Positions 59,233 through 64,000 of a stretch of 64,000 nt of DNA are shown one piece after another. A program made the position numbers and the translations under genes. The stretch comes from Mayamaea pseudoterrestris (Eukaryota), in contig BROI01000023.1 of NCBI GenBank assembly GCA_027923505.1, positions 62,001 through 126,000 of the forward strand. Direction: 5' to 3'. The stretch's first letter is position 1, and each line of letters opens with the position of its first letter. A model generated the notes under the pieces. It had not been told where the DNA came from. It searched no databases and worked only from the letters and a program-made list of their open reading frames with translations.

Positions 59233-62200
59233 TTAAATACCAAACCTTCCAACACCTTGCACGAAGTTCATGCTGGAAGTCATTTTTAACTCCAACCCAT
59301 CACGCCATTCATCGTAATCGTAGAAGTCGAAGACAGTCTGCTCGACATTGTTCGTGAACGACCATCCTAGTGAATTGCGCTGCCACTTACGCCCGAGCGC
59401 TTTCCTCATCTTGTTCGAGATCCCGCACAAACCCCGCGGATCCGGTTTGTTTCCCCAATGCTGATGCATATCCTCAAGCATTATAAGGTCGACATGCGCC
59501 CACCAGTCATGCGTGGGTACTGGAATGCCTTCGTCATCAAGTCGAAGGACGCCCGACTTGCACAACGAGAGCAGCTCGTCCGTCACACCTGATACAGTTG
59601 GAGAAATGACCATTGACAATAGACTTAAAGCCCGTGAACGTTCCTCTACGTGATCGCTCTCCAATGCCTTTATGACGATCTCATCAATTACGAACCGAAT
59701 ATTTTCTAGACAAAGTCCGCCAGGTGCACGAGGGTTTCGAGCAAACTCCTTCCGACAGCCCTTTGACTCTTCGTCGTTCCCGCAGTGGAATATTTCCCAA
59801 CGCCAAATATAGTCGGGGTTGTCAGGTTCGCTATACAAATGGCCCCATTTATGACTTATAGTGTGAAGCAGTTTGGCAAGAAATTTCGGACGGATGACCT
59901 GCAAAGTCCCCCCTTTTTGTGTCTTGTTAGCTTCCGTCCGTGGCCGCTTCGCCAGTTGCACTAATGGAACATCATCATCGTCGTCGTCGACGACTTCGTC
60001 ATCGAATCCTCCGGTAGTATGACTGGATAGCTCGCTCGAAGCAGGCGTTTCAACGTCGGCGGATTGAACAAACATGGAGCCGGTATGTGGCGTTTGGAGG
60101 AATTCTGGACACACTTCAAACACTGCAGAAAGAACCACGGCCGTCAAGCTTTTGGGAGAACGGACAGCTTGTTTCAGGTCTCGGATTTGAATCTCTTCCA
60201 TCTCCGATATGAAATCCTCTTCCCTCTGAGTGAATTTCTTGTCGACTTGCTCTCGAATGAAACGATCCTTGTATGCCTTCTCGAGAGTCTTAAGATCTTT
60301 AGATGCCGGAAGAATAGCTTTCATGCGCTTCATCTCCTCCTCCATGGTAAGTACTGGCTCGGTGCTTTGTTGCTTGGACAAATGCCGAAGGTTGCTGTAT
60401 AGGGGACACTTGACGTCGTATACGTACTTGTGATCGGCGGCACCGCACTGGCAACCTGTGGCGGGCTTGGTAGCCGCTCGTAGTGTGCTTCGTTGGGAGT
60501 CAGACATGAATTTTTCAACTCCAAACTGCTGCCGAATCTCCAACGACTCATTGGCCCACGTTGCTTTCCAGTGTTCCGTCGCCTTTTGCGTCATGACAAC
60601 CTGCATTTGAGATCGCATGCGTTCCCATTCGAATCGCAGCTGTTCCAAATTCCGAGAGCATAGCATTGGATCCAATATTAGATCCGCGTCTGGTATCTCA
60701 TTCTTTCCCAAAGCAACGCGCTTGAGCCCAGCCAAAGCCTTGATCACGCATGAGCTGTACGCTCCCATTTCAATAGTCGTCAAAGGCGTGACAATTTTGC
60801 GTCGAGCAAGTGTCAATTTACATGTTACAGTTCCTTGCGCGTCCGTCGTGGAGCAAGTTTTGATGAGCTGAATCGCTTCCTCGAATGTCAAATCGCTGGT
60901 GGTCCGTCCGTTTATGGAAAGTATGATATCGTCTGCTTGTAACAGCGTGAGTTTGGCTTCAGGCAATGACGCTTCATGGCGGGCATTTTGCTCCTCGCAG
61001 CGGTCAATGGACAAGGCATAGAAGCGCTTCTCGACTTTTGTTGACGCATGCGTGGCTTCAATGTCATTGCCGTTGTGGTCGTGCGTAGTACTTTCATTTT
61101 CATTTGCGTCAGCATTTATCAATGCCAACGCATCCTTCTTTCTGAGTGTCATGCCAAAGGAAGTATCAGTTGGACGCTTGATGATTGTTACTACATCTGG
61201 AAGCCAGTAGTGCGAGATTGCAAAGGGAGATGGCGGCTGGAGCAGCTTACTGGAAAGTCGATCGACGGACGCAGCTGGAACGTTGCTTTTACTACGGGTA
61301 GACGGAGACGGAACCTTGTTCAACTCCAACTTTGGTAGGATTGCAGAGTAGCTATGCATCGGTTGAGATACGGCTGTCCCAGCCATGGGATGTCCAAAGG
61401 GAGTCGGACCGAACGTTGGAAATGAATGCATTGGCGGCGCCTGCGGCTGCGTCATCGATGCAGAGTGAGGCTGTAAGAACTGCATTGAAGGATGCGGAAA
61501 GTGCATTTGCATCCACGGGTTTGGCTGAAATGGATGATACCCATATGGCGGATGAGCAAACTGCTGATTTAAAGCGGGCATGTATATTGGCAAGATTGGT
61601 GGCTGCATTGGATGATTGCTGGCTGGCACAGGCGACTGTCGAAGAACATGCATTGCATCTGTACCAAGAGAAGCAGAAGCGCTACCAGAAGACACTATCG
61701 TGGAAGCATGCGCAGCAATGCTTGTCGTTATATTTGGTTGCTGATTGTGCGGCACGTCTTGCGGTGGTGGTGCAGCAGCCATTGGCGACAAGGATACTCG
61801 GTTGCTCGGAAGTGCGACTGACGAGGCACCAGGAACTGCAGTCGCCGCATTCGATGAAGTGACAGGAGAAGATGATAAAGTCTCTGTTACTGTTGCTTTT
61901 ACCAGCAGTGGAACGTACTCAATGCCATTCTTTTCGCACTGCTCCTTGCGCAAAGCCTCGAGTTTTCGCTGTCGTTTTTCCTCCTTTCTGCGCTGCTTTT
62001 CGAGTTCGAGTTGCTTCTTCTTGGCCTCGTTCATTCGCTTGAGAGTCTCAATATCATTTTTGAGTTTGATTTTCTTGTCGATTGGTTTATTGGCTGGCAA
62101 CAGAGGACTGATTGATGGCACAGGTGATGGCTTGGTCGGCATGGAAAGAGGGAGCTGCTTGGTCTCATTTTCCTTTGTAATAAGTGCTTTGGATGTACTA

Positions 62201-62271
62201 ACTGGGTCTCTTATGCCTGTACTGGACGAGATAGACGACTTGGCGTACGGATTCACCGGAAGGGACGCCAT
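59233..62271 (-). CDS. Large protein with coiled coil, Pro/Gln-rich region, PDZ domain and CxC-H-C zinc-knuckle-like motif
   Basis: ~1,012-aa ORF; PDZ: VTIIKRPTDTSFGMTL...LQADDIILSINGRTTSDLTFEEAIQLIK; GCQCGAADHKYVYDVKCPLY. Confidence 0.75.
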   Translation of the reverse strand: MASLPVNPYAKSSISSSTGIRDPVSTSKALITKENETKQLPLSMPTKPSPVPSISPLLPANKPIDKKIKLKNDIETLKRMNEAKKKQLELEKQRRKEEKRQRKLEALRKEQCEKNGIEYVPLLVKATVTETLSSSPVTSSNAATAVPGASSVALPSNRVSLSPMAAAPPPQDVPHNQQPNITTSIAAHASTIVSSGSASASLGTDAMHVLRQSPVPASNHPMQPPILPIYMPALNQQFAHPPYGYHPFQPNPWMQMHFPHPSMQFLQPHSASMTQPQAPPMHSFPTFGPTPFGHPMAGTAVSQPMHSYSAILPKLELNKVPSPSTRSKSNVPAASVDRLSSKLLQPPSPFAISHYWLPDVVTIIKRPTDTSFGMTLRKKDALALINADANENESTTHDHNGNDIEATHASTKVEKRFYALSIDRCEEQNARHEASLPEAKLTLLQADDIILSINGRTTSDLTFEEAIQLIKTCSTTDAQGTVTCKLTLARRKIVTPLTTIEMGAYSSCVIKALAGLKRVALGKNEIPDADLILDPMLCSRNLEQLRFEWERMRSQMQVVMTQKATEHWKATWANESLEIRQQFGVEKFMSDSQRSTLRAATKPATGCQCGAADHKYVYDVKCPLYSNLRHLSKQQSTEPVLTMEEEMKRMKAILPASKDLKTLEKAYKDRFIREQVDKKFTQREEDFISEMEEIQIRDLKQAVRSPKSLTAVVLSAVFEVCPEFLQTPHTGSMFVQSADVETPASSELSSHTTGGFDDEVVDDDDDDVPLVQLAKRPRTEANKTQKGGTLQVIRPKFLAKLLHTISHKWGHLYSEPDNPDYIWRWEIFHCGNDEESKGCRKEFARNPRAPGGLCLENIRFVIDEIVIKALESDHVEERSRALSLLSMVISPTVSGVTDELLSLCKSGVLRLDDEGIPVPTHDWWAHVDLIMLEDMHQHWGNKPDPRGLCGISNKMRKALGRKWQRNSLGWSFTNNVEQTVFDFYDYDEWRDGLELKMTSSMNFVQGVGRFGI

Positions 62272-62968
62272 GGTCGCTTGGTTGCAATGTGCCTCGTCGT
62301 TCAAGCTTTTGGCTCAAAGCGCTGCGCATTGGTCGTCGCATTGGTGCACGCCTGGAGTCTGTCCTGTCGGCGTCACACCGGTACGGTACCCGAGCCAGTA
62401 TCCGACAAAAATAGGTATCGTCATGTAGCTCTCTGAGTTATTCCCGACTGTAGAAGGCATTATTTGAATATACTACCATGGTGCAATCTGCTGTTGACAA
62501 TCTTAACTTGGTCTGCTCCGGGAAGCAAGCTAGCCTTTTATCAATCTGAGATATTCATTCGGTGAATCAATCATGGCCCCTATGATTTTAGGCATTGGTT
62601 TGTGTTGCTCAAAGCATTATCTTTACTTGCTTGATAGGTATTATATATAATCAGCTACCTCCGCTGATTCATTGCATGCGGTAGCAAATGCGGATCCCGC
62701 TGTTCTCTAGATGTCACGCGAAGCTATGCACCACCTAGCAAGCCAACGACTACCGCAGCAGCATACAATAACGAGCGTCAATTATACATCGTAAACGATC
62801 GATTATGGTGAAACTTGTATGCGATAACAATATATATTTTAAAAACCGCTATGGCTTTGTTGGCAGCTCATCGCGCACGAGAAAACAGTGAACGAGCGCA
62901 CACGCTCGCTTGTTTCCAATTCAAAAGAAGTGGAAATGCGCCGCTTACATCATATGTCCGTCTGACGT

Positions 62969-63448
62969 TCACTCGCCATTGATTACACTATATTCCAATG
63001 GTGTGGGTTGCTGCATCAGTTCTACGAGAACTAACGTCCACAAGGCCAAATTTGACAAAACGTAAAGCTGGAACGTGTGCGCCCACGTCATTCCCAACCA
63101 ATCGTCGCGATTCTTACTTTTCATGGCCATGTCGTGAGCAGTCAGGCTCAATATGATTCCCAGCGCCAGTAGGTAGTTTATGAGGACAAGAACTGTCGCA
63201 GCGATGGAAGCCCGACGATGATTGAAATATGCAGCCAACGCCAACAATCCCATCGAGTACTGACCGAGCTCTTGAGTAACGCCATCCGCATACTTGTTAT
63301 GCAGCGCCCAGATGCAGTAGAACAAGGCAATCTTCCATACTTGAGCAAGTAGTGGCCGCTGTCGAAGAACCAAATACCAGGCGACGGCTTGCGAGGCCGG
63401 CATGAGCGCCGTGCGAAAGATGAGACTGGAGTCGGACATGCTCATCAT
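62969..63448 (-). CDS. Small multi-pass membrane protein, function unknown
   Basis: 159-aa ORF with about 4-5 hydrophobic segments. Confidence 0.65.
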   Translation of the reverse strand: MMSMSDSSLIFRTALMPASQAVAWYLVLRQRPLLAQVWKIALFYCIWALHNKYADGVTQELGQYSMGLLALAAYFNHRRASIAATVLVLINYLLALGIILSLTAHDMAMKSKNRDDWLGMTWAHTFQLYVLSNLALWTLVLVELMQQPTPLEYSVINGE

Positions 63449-64000
63449 ACGGAAATATGTGGTCGGGTTACTGTCTAATCTTTCAACGGCTTATCGTCTC
63501 TATCCGACTGTTGTTGATCACGCAGTTCGATCGGATAATTGTATCAAGAAAATGGATGATGTGCTGCTGTGATGGTCGCAGCGATGATCCGCAGAACAAA
63601 ATCGACGACCATGAAGCAGTGCTGGTGCGACGCGGGCTTGTTTGGCGAGGTCGTCACAAATGACATTTCTTCTTTCTCGGCTGTTTCTTCCGTCATTTTG
63701 TAGTCGACGGATTTCATGATTCCTTGCAAGGGATGCATGTCATGTCAAGCGAAGCAATCGTCCGCTTCGCAATCAACGATGATTCGATCGTACTGATGGC
63801 GAAAGGCCTTTCATCATGTATACTTATTCGTAGAAGTAATGTGCACCATATTCGCAGCCACGACAAGCGTACATTAACACAATTGGATTGCTGAATTATA
63901 GCAAGGAAAAATCCACGCCAAGCCTTCCGTCGAGCCAATGTCAGACAGTTCAACAGTAACGACTGCAGACTTAGGCGATGTTAAGAGCAATTTATTGTTA

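Noticed and set aside
63544..63953. Short ORFs at the right edge of the window
   Set aside because: Too short and motif-free to call without sequence beyond the window

Overview
Gene-dense eukaryotic DNA with short (~80-120 bp) GT-AG introns and signal peptide + 'AF' plastid-targeting presequences. It is most likely a diatom (inference; species cannot be determined from the sequence alone). About 22 protein-coding genes are supportable. They include a GlpA/LhgO-like FAD oxidoreductase head-to-head with a bacterial-type HchA glyoxalase III, a ~2,330-aa chorein-N lipid-transfer protein with PH and RanBP2-ZnF modules, two tandem paralogues sharing an unnamed 'PxG[FYC]xW' repeat domain, a plastid Nudix hydrolase and a plastid EF-hand-nitroreductase fusion. 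Also present are RNI-like, arrestin, MIT-like, RING-H2, SAP30BP-like and PDZ proteins, and a single ~1,190-aa polypeptide with three sulfotransferase domains facing a fourth sulfotransferase. The centre of the window (~28.0-38.5 kb) is a ~62-copy, 169-bp, CpG-depleted satellite with higher-order variant blocks, flanked on both sides by older diverged monomers. Its most striking property is a dyad ('arm-AA-C-TT-arm') that recurs about every 170 bp across the array and both flanks and stays palindromic through compensatory substitutions. This makes it a candidate satellite centromere or structure-selected chromatin element. No rRNA, tRNA, CRISPR or intact transposon was recognised.
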